DNA of 64,000 bases from Octopus sinensis (Eukaryota), in assembly GCF_006345805.1 (NCBI RefSeq), contig NC_043020.1, positions 7,998,001-8,062,000 on the forward strand, written 5' to 3'. The notes below the pieces were generated by a model. That model had not been told where the DNA came from and did no database searches. It was given only the letters and a program-made list of their open reading frames with translations. Both the position numbers and the translations under genes were made by a program. This document shows positions 37,173 through 50,882 of this stretch, in pieces; positions within the stretch are counted from its first letter, which is position 1, and each line of letters begins with the position of its first letter.

Positions 37173-38510
37173 TCTTTCGGGTCACCCAGAGTTGAATTGT
37201 TGGTGTCACCGTGATGTTCTGGTGATTTGATGAGCTAGCTTTCTTTATTTGCATTAATTTGTGAGCATATACTTATTGTATTGTGTGACACAGAGCATGC
37301 TTATTTGTGCAGGCATGTAAACATAATTTGTTATAACACTGGAATTATTATTATGTGTAGAAAGCTGCATAACTGCCATAATCCTATGATTATATCAACT
37401 GGTTAAATAAATATATTCACCTCTGTTGCATTCTGACCTTTTATGGTTTCTATATTCCTCATGAAATAATTTCATTGATTGGATCACCTGGATGGACACT
37501 CTGCATTATACTCCTCTGTACTGGATTACTATGTGGTCTGATAGCCGAGTCCCTTAGAGGAGCTTGCTGTGAAAGTCACACAATCCCATGAATCAATGTA
37601 TTATACTACAGATATATATGTATATATCGTGGGGGCAAGGTGTGGTGAAGAAGTTTGTTTCCTACCCACATAGCTTCAGGTTCAGTCCTACTGCATGGCG
37701 CCTTGTGCTGGTATCTCCCACTAAGCCTTGTGCTGATCAAATTTGGTAGATGGAAACTGAAGAAAAGCCCATCATATGTGTATGTGTGTGTGTGTATACT
37801 TTGTTTTTTTACTTTTTTTTTTACTTGTTTCAGTCATGTGACTGTGGCCATGCTGGAGCACCGCCTTTAGTCGAGCAAATCGACCCCAGGACTTATTCTT
37901 TGTAAGCCTAGTACTTATTCTATCGGTCTCTTTTGCCGAACCGCTAAGTTACAGGGACGTAAATACACCAGTCCACCGAGGTCGACTTTGCCTTTCATCC
38001 TTTCAGGGCTGACTAAATAAGTACCGGTTATGCACTGGGATTAATGTAATCGACTTAATCCCTTCCCCCAAATTTGAGGCCTTGTACTTCTAGCAGAAAA
38101 GATTATTATTATTATTATTATAAAGGTAGTGAGCTGGCACAATCGTTAGCACACCAGGTGAAATGCTTAGTAGAAAGGATTATTATTATTATCATTATTG
38201 TTGTTGTTGTTGTTGTTATTGTTATTATTAAGCTGAACACCAACAATAATACCAACCGTGTACCTAGCTGGAGACAATGTACAGTCACAGTATATATAGA
38301 TGTTAATGTTCACCATTTAGGCAAATACTCTCTTTCAGTACTGATTACAGGAAATGTCTGCAGTGACTGGATGGATGGATGTAGTGTGAAGATGTTGACT
38401 GCAATGACAGCGTGACATAGGGTGTAGACCATTGTTTCGCAACCAGGGTCCTTATGACCCTTGGTATGGGTCCACATAAGATTTCATTGTTAAAATTTAT
38501 GTGGAGTAAA

Positions 38511-38911
38511 TCTTTATATATAAAAGTGAAGTTGTGCGAGTGTCTGTCTCCTACGATTTAGATTCCTAACTACTCCCACATTTTGCGGTGCAGTTTAACC
38601 AAAAGTGGGTATCTTATAGTCGTGATTCATATCGAGCCCTTCTGGGTATTAGCCCGTGTCTACGATGAGTCTACAATTTAAAAAAAATTTACCATCATTT
38701 TTTTCCATTTTAATGCATTTTTTCGCTATTATAAAAGGGAAGTAACTCTCTAAAAATGTCTACGATGAGTCAACGATTTAAAAAAAAAATTACCATAATT
38801 TTTTTTCCATTTTTAATGCATTTTATTGCTATTTTTTGGCTATAACTCTCTAAAAATGCTTATATAGTTATTTCCCTTACAAACCCGAGCAACGCCGGAC
38901 GATACTGCTAG
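38511..38911 (+). mobile_element. Non-autonomous Helitron H1, possibly within a degenerate hAT-Charlie-like MITE (~38430-39022)
   Basis: A|TC...cccgagcaacgccggacgatactgCTAG|T; flanks cattgtttcgcaacc and ggtcaaaaccacgg. Confidence 0.9.
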
Positions 38912-39029
38912 TTTAATTATAAAAATGTAATGGAAATTTTTAAACATCAAATGGCTATAAGGGGCCGTCTGAGTAAAATAGGAACCAAAAAGGTCCATAG
39001 ATAAAGAAGGGTCAAAACCACGGTCTCAG

Positions 39030-39700
39030 GTGTGTAGATATTGACTGGATGGACAGAGGATATACATAGATGTTGATAGACGAACATGGTGTATAAATGT
39101 TGACTGAATAGACAGACGGTGTATACATGCTGACTGGCAGATATATATACAGGGTGTGTACATGCTCAATGGTTAAACAGACAGATTGTATAGATGTTGG
39201 TTGTTTTGCAAGATGTAGTGTGTAGATATTGACTGGATAGATGATGTGTAGATGCTGTAGATGTAGACAGGTGCAGCGAGTATATATGGACTGCACAGAC
39301 AGGTACAGTGTATCGCTATAGTCTGGTGAAACAGATACAGTGTGTGTATATGGGCTGGATTGTCAGGTGCATTGATTATATATGGACTAGTTCGACAGGT
39401 ATGGTGTGTAAATGTTGATTGTGTAGACAGAGTTTATGAATTGGAAAGGAACAAATACAGTTTGCCTATGTTGAATAATATGTATACATTCTGCAGGGGT
39501 TGATTGGATACACATATACACATCCTGTAGATGTTGACTAGATAGACACATCCTGTATATATGTGGATTGGATGAGCTCAGCCTAGAGTTTTATAAGCTG
39601 TATAAGCACAACCTGCAGATGTTGAGGTAAACATCCTGTAGATGCGAATTAGATACACACACACACACACACTGCAGATGTTGACTAGATGGATACATTT
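39030..39700. repeat. Degenerate ~30-bp tandem repeat
   Basis: Recurrent gtagatgttgactggatagac. Confidence 0.6.
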
Positions 39701-39805
39701 AAAGAGATATATATATATATATACATACACCTCTTTATCACATACAGGTGTGAATTTAACCTCAATAACACATCGGCAATATGTATGTATGTATGTATCT
39801 ATCTA

Positions 39806-39840
<35 letters not shown>

Positions 39841-39844
39841 CATG

Positions 39845-39875
<31 letters not shown>

Positions 39876-39935
39876 ATATATATATACATGTATATATATA
39901 TATACATGTAATATATATATAATACATGTATATAT

Positions 39936-39973
<38 letters not shown>

Positions 39974-41085
39974 ATATATGTATATATATACATGTATATA
40001 TATATGTTATATATGTATATATATATATACATGTATATATACATGTATATATATATGTATATATATATATGATATATATATATATATATACATACATGTA
40101 TATATATATGTATATATATATATGTATATATATATATGTGTATATATATATATATATACATACATGTATATATATATGTATATATATATATATACATACA
40201 TATATATATAATATATATACATGTATATATATATAATATATATATATATATATACATGTATATATATATGTATATATATTTGTATATATATATATATATA
40301 TACACACATGTATATATATATCTGATACATATGTGTACACACATGCACACATGTATCATAATAGTGAGAAGATTAATCTTTTAGTGAATATTTACAAAAT
40401 GTGACAAATAATAACAACAACAGAAACAGTCCTCCCTCCCCCCCATCCACCCACCCACCGTTTCCTGCTTGTTCTCCAATCAAATGTCATTGTTATCTTC
40501 CTTTGTATCTTCCATCTATTCTGGAGCAGCTCACCTTTCACCACCACCATCTCCCCTTAATGTTCCAACGGCTCCTCTCTCATCTCTTGTTGCAACCACC
40601 TCGTCCCCTCATCTCCACACAATCTTTCATTCTCCTCATCTACCTCCCCCCCCTCTCTCTCTTTCTCCTTCTCTTCCCATCTTCCTTTTCGATTTCATTT
40701 CATATTTATTTCATTTCCTAGTCTTCCTCCAATCTCATCACCACCACCATCGCCATCACCCTCACCCTCACCACCATTACTACCATCACCACTACTGCCA
40801 TCAGCAGAGGAAGCTTCTACGTGGCCAGTCAACTTGCTAGAAATAGTAGCTGCATCCCCTTCATATTGCCCTCTTGTATTCTTAGAAGACATTGGACGGT
40901 ATTGTCTAAGGTAAACTATGCATGAATAAGAGTTGGAATGGTCATGGCTGGAATGCTTTTCATTGTAGATCTGCTTGATCAGGACTAAATACCAGCAGCT
41001 ACCACCATCATCACCATCTTCATTATCATCAATAACAACCTCTATTACTGCCACCACAACCACCACCACCACCATCATCACCTCT

Positions 41086-41116
<31 letters not shown>

Positions 41117-41254
41117 CATCTCTGCAATGCCACCACCACTACCAACAACAGCAGCTATGAGAGAACATCAACATAGTCTCTTAAACTGCTAAAAATAGCA
41201 GCGAAATCACATATGCTATATCGAAAAAACAAGGACTCATTTGATAATATAGCG

Positions 41255-42151
41255 TAATAGCCTTGTTCTATCTATATAAGAAGAGGTGGTCATGCCTGGA
41301 ATAGCTCTCCTTTTCCATCAGAGTTAATAGTCTTGTTCTATCTATATAAGAAGAGGTGGTCATGCCTGGAATAGCTCTCCTTTTCCATCAGAGTTAATAG
41401 TCTTGTTCTATCTATATAAGAAGAGGTGGTCATGCCTGGAATAGCTCTCCTTTTCCATCAGAGTTAATAGTCTTGTTCTATCTATATAGAAGAGGTGGTC
41501 AGCCTGGATAGCTCTCCTTTTCCATCAGAGTTAATAGCCTTGTTCTATCTATATAAGAAGAGGTGGTCATGCCTGGAATAAGCTCTCCTTTTCATCAGAG
41601 TTAATAGCCTTGTTCTATCTATATAAGAAGAGGTGGTCATGCCTGGAATAGCTCCCTTTTCCATCAGAAGTAATAGTCTTGTTCTATCATATAAGAAGAG
41701 GTGGTCATGCCTGGAATAGCTCCCTTTTCCATCAGAGTTAATAGTCTTTTCTATCTATATAAGAAGAGGTGGTCATGCTGGAATGCTCTCCTTTTCCATC
41801 AGCAGTTAATAGTAGTTCTATCTATATAAGAAGAGGTGGTCATGCCTGGAATAGCTCTCCTTTTCCATCAGAGTTAATAGTCTTGTTCTATCTATATAAG
41901 AAGAGGTGGTCATGCCTGGAATAGCTCTCCTTTTCCATCAGAGTTAATAGCCTTGTTCTATCTATATAAGAAGAGGTGGTCATGCCTGGAATAGCTCTCC
42001 TTTTCCATCAGAGTTAATAGCCTTGTTCTATCTATATAAGAAGAGGTGGTCATGCCTGGAATAGCTCTCCTTTTCCATCAGAGTTAATAGTCTTGTTCTA
42101 TCTATATAAGAAGAGGTGGTCATGCCTGGAATAGCTCTCCTTTTCCATCAG
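41255..42151. repeat. 70-bp minisatellite, about 13 copies
   Basis: aagaggtggt at 41281, 41351, 41421 and onward. Confidence 0.95.
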
Positions 42152-42629
42152 GGTTGACCTGGGGACAGGGGATAAACTACAACACTACATCTCCCCCACC
42201 AGCACCACCACCACATCAATAACTACATCATCAGCATCATCATTGCCATCATCATCATCATCACTATTGCTACCACTGACATCATCAATAAATATATCAG
42301 CGCTACCACCACCACCCCTCCTCTGCTGCCATTGATATCGATAAATAACATCACATCCCCGACCACCACCACCACCACCACCACTGCCAATTATTTATCA
42401 CCACCCCCATCATCATTAACTACATCACCCCTCCACCTCCACCATCATCAATAAATAACCACCACCACTACCACCGCCACAGTGTCAGTAACTGCACTGC
42501 CGTCGCCACCACCAACCCAATCAATAACTATGTCATCACCACCACCACCACCACCACCATCAATAAATCATCACCACCACCATCAATAAATACATCCTCA
42601 CCACCAATACCACCATCGTCACAAACCTG

Positions 42630-42848
42630 TGAAGGAGCCTCTGTGTTGTTGCTTGACCTGCTAGAAATAGGAGACAAATGTCCCTCGGATCACACGTGAT
42701 AAGCTTAAAAGCAAGCAGCCTAGGATAACGTGGTTCTGGATTCCTTGAGGAAAAATAAATGAATAAATAAATGGGATGGTCGTGATCGGAATGTTCTAGA
42801 CGATCATAAAGTCTGCTTGAGCAAGGCTTGACCTGGGGCTAAACAACA
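42630..42848 (+). mobile_element. Family E: ancient SINE/LINE-tail repeat with (AAC)n tail; about 20 copies, e.g. 2726-2907, 18880-19110, 22240-22822, 31068-31240, 40808-40992, 44215-44495, 45755-45965, 46135-46310, 46627-46830
   Basis: Recurrent ctgctagaaatagcagccaaat...ggtcatggctggaatg...gacctggggctaaacaac. Confidence 0.7.
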
Positions 42849-42914
42849 CCTCCACCAACATCACCATCACCACCGTTACATGAATAAATATGTAATCATC
42901 ACTACGACGACGAC

Positions 42915-43490
42915 GACCACCACCACCACCACTGCAATTAGCCCCACATCTCCACCATCATCACAACCACCACCACCACCACCTCCACCGCAATTAGCCC
43001 CACACCTCCACCATCATCACAACCACCACCACCACCACCACTGCAATTAGCCCCACATCTCCACCATCATCACAACCACCACCACCACCACCTCCACCGC
43101 AATTAGCCCCACACCTCCACCATCATCACAACTACCACCACCACCACCACTGCAATTAGCCCCACATCTCCACCATCATCACAACCACCACCACCACCAC
43201 CTCCACCGCAATTAGCCCCACACCTCCACCATCATCACAACCACCACCACCACCACCACTGCAATTAGCCCCACATCTCCACCATCATCACAACCACCAC
43301 CACCACCACCACCACCGCAATTAGCCCCACATCTCCACCACCACCACCACCACCGCAATTAGCCCCACACCTCCACCATCATCACAACCACCACCACCAC
43401 CACCACCGCAATTAGCCCCACACCTCCACCACCACCACCACCACCGCAATTAGCCCCACACCTCCACCATCATCACAACCACCACCAACA
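42915..43490. repeat. CCA-rich minisatellite, 11 gcaattagcccc units with higher-order periodicity
   Basis: Spacings 56,53,56,53,56,53,56,38,53,38. Confidence 0.95.
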
Positions 43491-43799
43491 CCATCACCGC
43501 CTGCACAATCATGATAGCCACCGCTGCCACCCACTACCACCACTACCACCATCATTTGTCACCACAACCACTGCTACCACCAACACCATCATCCCTTACA
43601 TCTCTGCCCTCATCCCTTCCACCATCACCACTAGCACAGCCATGATAGTCACCACCACCACCACACCACCACTACCATCATCAATCATCTTTAATTCTCT
43701 CTGTGATAGGTCTTTGATAACGCTGCCCCCCCCCCCACACACTCTCTCCACCTGTTGTCTTATAATAATGTGTTATTGTACATGTCTGTCTTGGTGTTT

Positions 43800-43940
43800 A
43801 TATTGATGATGACGATGATGATGACAATGATGATGATGATGGTGATAATGATGGTGATGATGATGATGATGATGGTGATGATGATAATGATGATGGTGGT
43901 GGTGATGATGATGATGATGATGATGATGATGGTGATGACA

Positions 43941-43973
<33 letters not shown>

Positions 43974-44140
43974 GTGATGACGAGGATGATGATGATGGTG
44001 GTGATGATGAGATGATGATGATGATGATGGTAATAATGATGATGATGATGGTGATAATGATGATGATGATGATGGTGATAATGATGATGATGATGATGAC
44101 GATGATGATGATGATGATGATGATGGTGATGATAATAATG
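43800..44140. repeat. (GAT)n microsatellite
   Basis: Direct inspection. Confidence 0.95.
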
Positions 44141-44638
44141 TTGCTCTCCAAAATATTCTGGTTGTTTTTTATGTTGGTGTTTGTTTTATTTTTTTTGTTG
44201 TTGATTTTAGCCCGTCCCTTCCCCCATTTCCCCTGCCCTACACAGCTCCGATCAAGCAGATACCTATTGCTCTCCGGCCATGACCATCCAGTCTTATTTC
44301 TTTTAGACGTCATAGTGCATTCTGGAACTGCTATCATCCTATGCATTCTTTTGTTTTTTTGTTTTTTTGTCCCTTCCTGTCCCCCCATCCCCCACCAAAA
44401 GGTTGTACGGGGCGGGGGGATGTGATTTGAAAGAGATGTGATTTGGCTGCTATTTCTTGCAGGTCGAAGAATTCCCATCGAGGCTTCCTCGTTGGTTTGT
44501 TTATATTGCTGCTTGGTTTATTACTACTACTACTACTACTACTACTGCTGCTGCTATTGATGAGGATGTTGTTGTTGTTGTTGTTGTTTGTTGCAGCTGG
44601 GATTGTTGATGTTGCTGCTCTTGTTTCTTCTGTTGTTA

Positions 44639-44671
<33 letters not shown>

Positions 44672-45280
44672 CTGCAATAGTTGTACTACCTACTGTACTG
44701 GAAGGTAATTGGCTGTGAGGGAAGCCAATTGCTGGAGAGGAAGGAGCGAGGGAGAGCGAGGAGGAGAGAGATGGTGGGGAAAGAAAGAGGCAGAGAAAGA
44801 GAGGGGAGAGAGAGTGAGAGAGAGAGAAAGGGACAATAAGGAAGGGAGTGAGGTGGGGACTGGTGTATAGAGGTGGAGAAGCAGAAAGAGAAAGTGTAGT
44901 GTTTGATTGTGAGGATCAGGGAGAGGCTGAAGGGCAGCAGCAAAAAAAAAAAGGGAAGGCATAGAAAAGGAGAAGGAGCCAGCGAGAAAGGGGGGGGGGG
45001 TAAAGGAGAGGGGAAAAGAACAAGAAACAAAATGCGAGGGGCGGGCAGAGGAGAAGGAACTACTAGCATTTGAACTGACAAAATAAATTACATACCTTCC
45101 TTCTCCATATCAGACACACACACACACGTGCGCATACGCATGCACTGATACACATATACAAAGAAAATAGTGAGGTTTTACATCTTTGTTGAGAGCTGTT
45201 CTCAGTTGCTGCACAACTGCATACTTGATGCATCTCGTCCTACTGACATCCGTGCATATGTGTGCACGTCTCTGATGCAG

Positions 45281-45367
45281 CTGTCAAGCCCGTTTCATCA
45301 GTTGTCACCATGGACCTGCTTAACGATAATTATCTATTCATCCCTCGGGTGTCGTTAAAGACTTACG
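45281..45367 (+). CDS. Internal coding exon (phase 1-1, 87 bp): (A)VKPVSSVVTMDLLNDNYLFIPRVSLKTY
   Basis: Branch-like tactgac at 45241, acceptor tctctgatgcag|CT (alternative in-frame acceptor with exon start 45302), donor TACG|gtaggt; in frame with the two upstream exons. Confidence 0.6.
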
Positions 45368-47293
45368 GTAGGTCACATTGTTGTTGATGTCGACGTTGTT
45401 GGTGATGTTTGCTGCTGGTGGTTGATGTTGTTGTTGATGTTGTTGGTAGTAGCTGTGTTGCTGTTACTGCTGCTGTTGTTGTTGTTGTTTTTGATGATGA
45501 TGATGATGATGATGCTGATGTTGATGATGTCAGTGGTAGTTGTTGTTGATAGTGTTGTAGGTGGTGGTGGTGGTGGTGGTGGTGGTGGTGGTTAATGTTG
45601 CTGCTGCTCTTGTTGTTGTTGGTGATGATGCTGATGTTGATGATGTCGGTGGCAGTGGTAGTTGTTGTTGATGATGATGATGATGGTGGTGGTGATGGTG
45701 ATGGTGTTGATGCTACTGTTGTTGATGTTGTTGGTTATCATTGCTACTGTTGTTGTTTGTCTTCTACTGAACCCCATCAAACTACCTGATGTATGATCAA
45801 AGATATTCCAGCCAGGACCATCCCATCTTGCTTTTAGAGACCCATAAGACAATACAATCTGATGTGGCCTTCCCCTGAATCAAGTACAGTAGTAGGGTGT
45901 GAGTTGGGGTAATTTGGCTCTATTTCTAGCAGATTGAGTGGCCACACACAGACTCCTTTGCTGGCTTCAATTGTTGTTATTGCCGTTCATGGTGTTGCTG
46001 TTATTGTTTTGGTGGTGGTGTTTGTGATGGATGTAGTGTTGGTGGTCATTCTGTTGTTTGTTATGTTTGTGGTGGTGTTGTTGTTGTTAATTATGGGTTT
46101 GTTGTGATATTGATGTCGGTGGTGTGTCTATGTTGTTTAGCCCCTAAATCAAGGCTGACCAAACAGAACTGGAACCAAAGACGCACCAACGCATAGAACG
46201 TATCTAGGACTGCATCATTCAGTGTGTTTTACATTTACTTTAAGACGGGAGAATATAATTTGAGGAAGACTTGGCTACTATTTCTAGCAAGTTTAGACTC
46301 CCTGTTGACTTGTTGCTGCTGTGTTTTGAGTCATCATTAATAGTGTGGTTGTTGTTGTTGTTGTTGTTGCTGAGAGATTTTATTGATGGTTGTAGTTGTT
46401 GTCATGGCAGTGTTGGTGCTAGTAAAGATGGTTGTGATGGTGCTGGTTTTGATTGTGGTGGTAGCAGTTGTGATGATGATGGTGGTGGTGGTGGTGGTGG
46501 TGGTGGAGGGTCTATTGTGGTGTCAATGGTGCTAGTTGTAGTGGTGGTGGTGGTGGTAATAGTTGTGGTTGTTGTTGTTTAGCAAACCTGATAGTGATAT
46601 TTGTGTGACTAATATTGTTATCGTTGTTTAACCCCAGCCCATCCATAATCAAACACATCTGTGATGAAAGACGTTCCAGCCATGACCATTTCATCATAAC
46701 TCTCTAGGACTACCTTATCCAACGTTCCCATCTTTTTCTCTTTTTTTTTTTTAAATAGTAAGGTGTGGTTTGGAGGAAGATTTGATTGTTATTTCTAGCA
46801 TGTCAAGTGCCCTTGTAGAGACTCCCTTGTTGTTGTTATTGTTGTTACTGTTGTTGTTACTGTTCTGTCCTTGGTGGTGGTGGTGGTGGTGGTGGTGGTA
46901 GTGTGGCTTATGATGATGTCATTGTTGCTTGTTGATTTTAATAATGCTAATGTTGTTGTTATTGCATAGCCCCCATAGTCATCCCTGATCTAGAATATAT
47001 TTGATCAAAAGGGCTCCAACCATGACCATCTCCTCTTCATTTTAGGGATATGTACAACTATATCATCTGATGTTCCTTCCTTTGCTTATTCAAACGAGAT
47101 TTAGCTGCTATTTCTTGCAATTCAAATATTCACATACGGTTCTCTCAGTTGCCTCACTGTTGCAGATGTTGTTGTTGTTTAGCACCTTGGTTACTCTACA
47201 TCAAGGAAACCTTATAATCATAAGCATTCCTATTCTGACCATCTCATCGGTTTTTGTGTTTTTTTTTTTTATTCACACTGCATTTATGGTTAA

Positions 47294-47330
47294 ACGAGGG
47301 TGTGCTGAAAGTTCCTGGCTTGGGATAATA

Positions 47331-47361
<31 letters not shown>

Positions 47362-47657
47362 TGTGTACAGTGCTCAGGTGCACTACAACTCATCTAAAGT
47401 GTATATATAATCAGGTGTAGTTTCGGCGAATTTCGGAAAGCACGAGGGACTTAAAGGATGCAGTGTCATGGCAGTCGAAAATACAGAAGGACCAGTTAAT
47501 TATGATTTTATTCAACATATTTTATTTAACAAATTTCACTCACTTATTGCAGCTGGCCTTCAGTTTTTCTAAGCCCCGTTAAAGAATGTGGGAGGTTGGA
47601 CCTGCAACCTGGCCTTTTGTGATACCCCCTACAGCCAGAAACTTTCCAGCACTCCCT
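47294..47657. mobile_element. Mariner-type MITE
   Basis: TIRs cgagggtgtgctgaaaagttcctggct and agccagaaactttccagcactccct. Confidence 0.7.
47323..47480 (-). mobile_element. CR1 3' tail fragment inserted in a mariner-type MITE
   Basis: Reverse complement matches 23950-24170 (catccttyaa..., gtgcacctgagcactgta, (att)n). Confidence 0.8.
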
Positions 47658-48066
47658 TTTACTCTTTTACTCTTTTACTTGTTTCAGTCATTTGACTGTG
47701 GCCATGCTGGAGCACCGCCTTTAGTCGAGCAACTCGACCCTGGGACTTATTCTTTTGTAAGCCCAGTACTTATTCTATCGGTCTCTTTTGCCCTACTGCT
47801 AAGTGACGCGGACATAAACACACCAGCATCGGTTGTAAAGCAATGCTAGGGGGACAAACACAGACAGACAAACATACATGCACACATTATATATACATAT
47901 ATACGACGGGTTTCTTTCAGTTTCCGTCTACCAAATCCACTCACAAGGCTTTGGTCAGACTGAGGCTATAGTAGAAGACACTTGCCCAAGGTGCCACACA
48001 GTGGGACTGAACCCGGAACCATGTGGTTGGTAAGCAAGCTACTTACCACACAGCCACTCCTGCGCC
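47657..48066 (-). mobile_element. SINE A, full length, young
   Basis: Colinear with family A. Confidence 0.9.
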
Positions 48067-49349
48067 TTGTATATATTTTTTAAAGATTGTGAATTAGGAT
48101 TTGAGGGAGGTTTGGTTGCTATATTTAACAGGATGATCAACCTCCCAAGAGCCCTCACCCCTCTGTTGGTTTGTTATTGTTGATAGTGGTGGTCGTGGTG
48201 ATACTGCAATCAGTGGTGCTGGTTGTACATATCTGTGATGTTAGAGGTATTGTTTATGATGATGATGATGATAATGTTAGTAATAGTGGTGGTGATGGTG
48301 GTGATGTGCATACTGCAGCTGCTGTTGTTGCTTATGCGATCCTTGATGCAACAGTTGGTGCATTGTAGAGCTATGTCAAACAGCTGTCGCTGCAGGTTAG
48401 ATGGATTGCTCCACCATCAACATTGTAACATCGCCCTACTTCCACCTTTTGGTCATAAAGGGGAGGTTGGTGGCTGGCTGGGGAAAAAGCGGTTGCATGG
48501 TTGGTGAACATACTGAAGAGATTGTGGATGGACACTTTCCTCTCAAGCCTTCATCAAGTTTCTCAGATTCCACTTGGAGAGGAAAGTGAAAGTAGAGGGG
48601 GTTGTGCTGTCCTCGGGAAAATTTATCAAAAGGTGAAAGAGATGGCAAGGAAGCTTGAGTGAATCAAGATTATTTTTAGCCTGTACCTGTTAGCTGGGGA
48701 ATACAGGTGGGAAAGAGCATTTACCCTTAGTAACCAGAACAATTTTGGGTCTGTGGGTTTTCCTTAATTAATCCTTAAGTAGTGATCTTTGGGGTTTTTT
48801 TAAGAGTTTTTCCTCATGCGCACTGTGCATACTGTTGGTTTTTCATTTCATTCTATTCCAGTGTGAACTCTTCTGTCCCTTTTTTTATAACCTGTCCCTA
48901 CAGTGTCCCCTCATTTACCACCTTTGTGGCAATAATTAAGGACTGATTATTGTAGATGTTAGGTTGCTGAAGACTGGTTCTTTGGATTCATCCTTGCAAC
49001 CAACATACTTGACAATAATGTGTGCAGATTCTTCAGTTCTGCTAACAAATCTTTATTTATTTCTGAGTTCAAATTCTGCCGAGGTCCACATTGCCTTTCA
49101 TCATTTCAGGTCGATTAAACAAGTACCAGTGGAGCACTGGGGTTGATGTAATCGACTAGCCCCCTCCCCCAAAATTTCAGGCCTTATGCCTATAGTAGAA
49201 GGGATTATTATTATTATTTTTAGAATAAAAGCAGTTGTTTATTTATGTATATCTGATGGAATATAGAGATATTCCAGATCGGAGTTTTTATTCATCTCGA
49301 CCAAAAAATGCTGCTCTGAGTGATGACAGCAATGTTAAGGAGGGGTACC

Positions 49350-49426
49350 GACATCTGGAGGGTGGGATACCAACATCTGGAGGGTGGGGTACCAACGTCC
49401 GGAGGGTGGGGTGCCAGCATCTGGGA
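49350..49426. repeat. 22-bp G-rich tandem repeat, about 3.5 copies
   Basis: acatctggagggtggggtacca units. Confidence 0.8.
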
Positions 49427-50664
49427 GTTTTGTTGTTGATGTTGTTGTTTGATACTTCTCTGTAGGATTGTTGGTTGTGTTGTTATGCTTGTTTAACCCC
49501 AGGTCAGCACAGTTCAAGTAGGCCTATGATCAAAGTCACTTCCAGCTGTCACCATGTCATCTCTCAATTTCAGGCATATTCTTCCACCATGGAGTACTTT
49601 GTCCACCTTGGAATATATCATTTAAAAATGTAAATATAGAAATATCAAGAAATATGTCAATAAATCTTTGATAAACAGTGTCTTGTGAATACCATTCAAG
49701 CTGGCCCTTTTATTTATTTCTGTATTGCCCACAGAGGGCTAAATATAGAGGGGACAAACAAGGACAGACAAAGGATTAAGTCTATTACATCAACCCCAGT
49801 GTGTAACTGGTACTTATTTAATCGATCCCAAAAGGATGAAAAGCAAAGTCAACCTCAGTAGAATTTGAACTCAGAACTTAATGGTAGACAAAATACCACT
49901 AAGTATTTTGTCTGGTGTGCTAACAATTCTGCCAGCTTGCCGCCCTAAGATGGCTCTTTCATTGAAGACTAAATTAACATATTTCTCTTATTGCTTCTCT
50001 ATTCATATTGAAAATATAACCAAATTGGCTTCCTCATTTGTAAAACAAAAACATCTAATTTGAAGTGATGAAAATAAGAAAGTGACTTTAGTGTAATGGT
50101 AACATAACTGTCTGGGTTACTGTAGATGCATGATTCAAATCCCACAGTTGGCTTTCTGCCTTTTCTCTCTTCAAGGGATGTTACAGATGTTACAAGCTCT
50201 TATTTATAGCAGGATTGGCATTCAAGATATATCATTTATAGGAGATTTATTTCCATTATTTAGTGGTTTTTAAAGAATATTTTAAGACAGTAAGATGTGG
50301 TTTGAAGGAAATTTAGCTATTATTTCTAGCAGATGAAGCAACCAAGTAGAGGCTTCCTTCTTGGTGGTGGTGTTGTTGCTGACATTTTGCAATATTTCTC
50401 AGTAATACTGTTTTTTGTTGTGGTTATTATTGTTATCACATATATGTATTGCATTATTTCAATGTAAAATATAGAAATCATAATTATATCCCAATATGAA
50501 TAACATTAGTCATTAACCATCTTAGTCATTAAAATATTAGCCACCTTCAGATGCAAGCATGGTTGTGGGGTTAAGAAGTCAATTTTGCAACTTCAAGTTC
50601 AATCCCTCAGCATAGCATCTTGGGTGAGTGTCTTCTATTATAACCCTAGATCAACCAATGCCTT

Positions 50665-50830
50665 CTATCTCTTTACATTCCGAGTTCAAATCCTGCAAAG
50701 CTCAACTTGACCTTTCATCCCTCCAGGGTCAATAAAATAATGTGCTAGTCAAGTACTGGGGTTGATATAATTGACTTACTCCCTCCTCTCAAAATTGCTG
50801 GCCTTGTGCCAAAATAAGAACCCATCATCA

Positions 50831-50882
<52 letters not shown>

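Noticed and set aside
41255-42151. CRISPR-like regular array (also the D-family units)
   Set aside because: Whole units repeat with no unique spacers, there are no cas genes, and the context is eukaryotic
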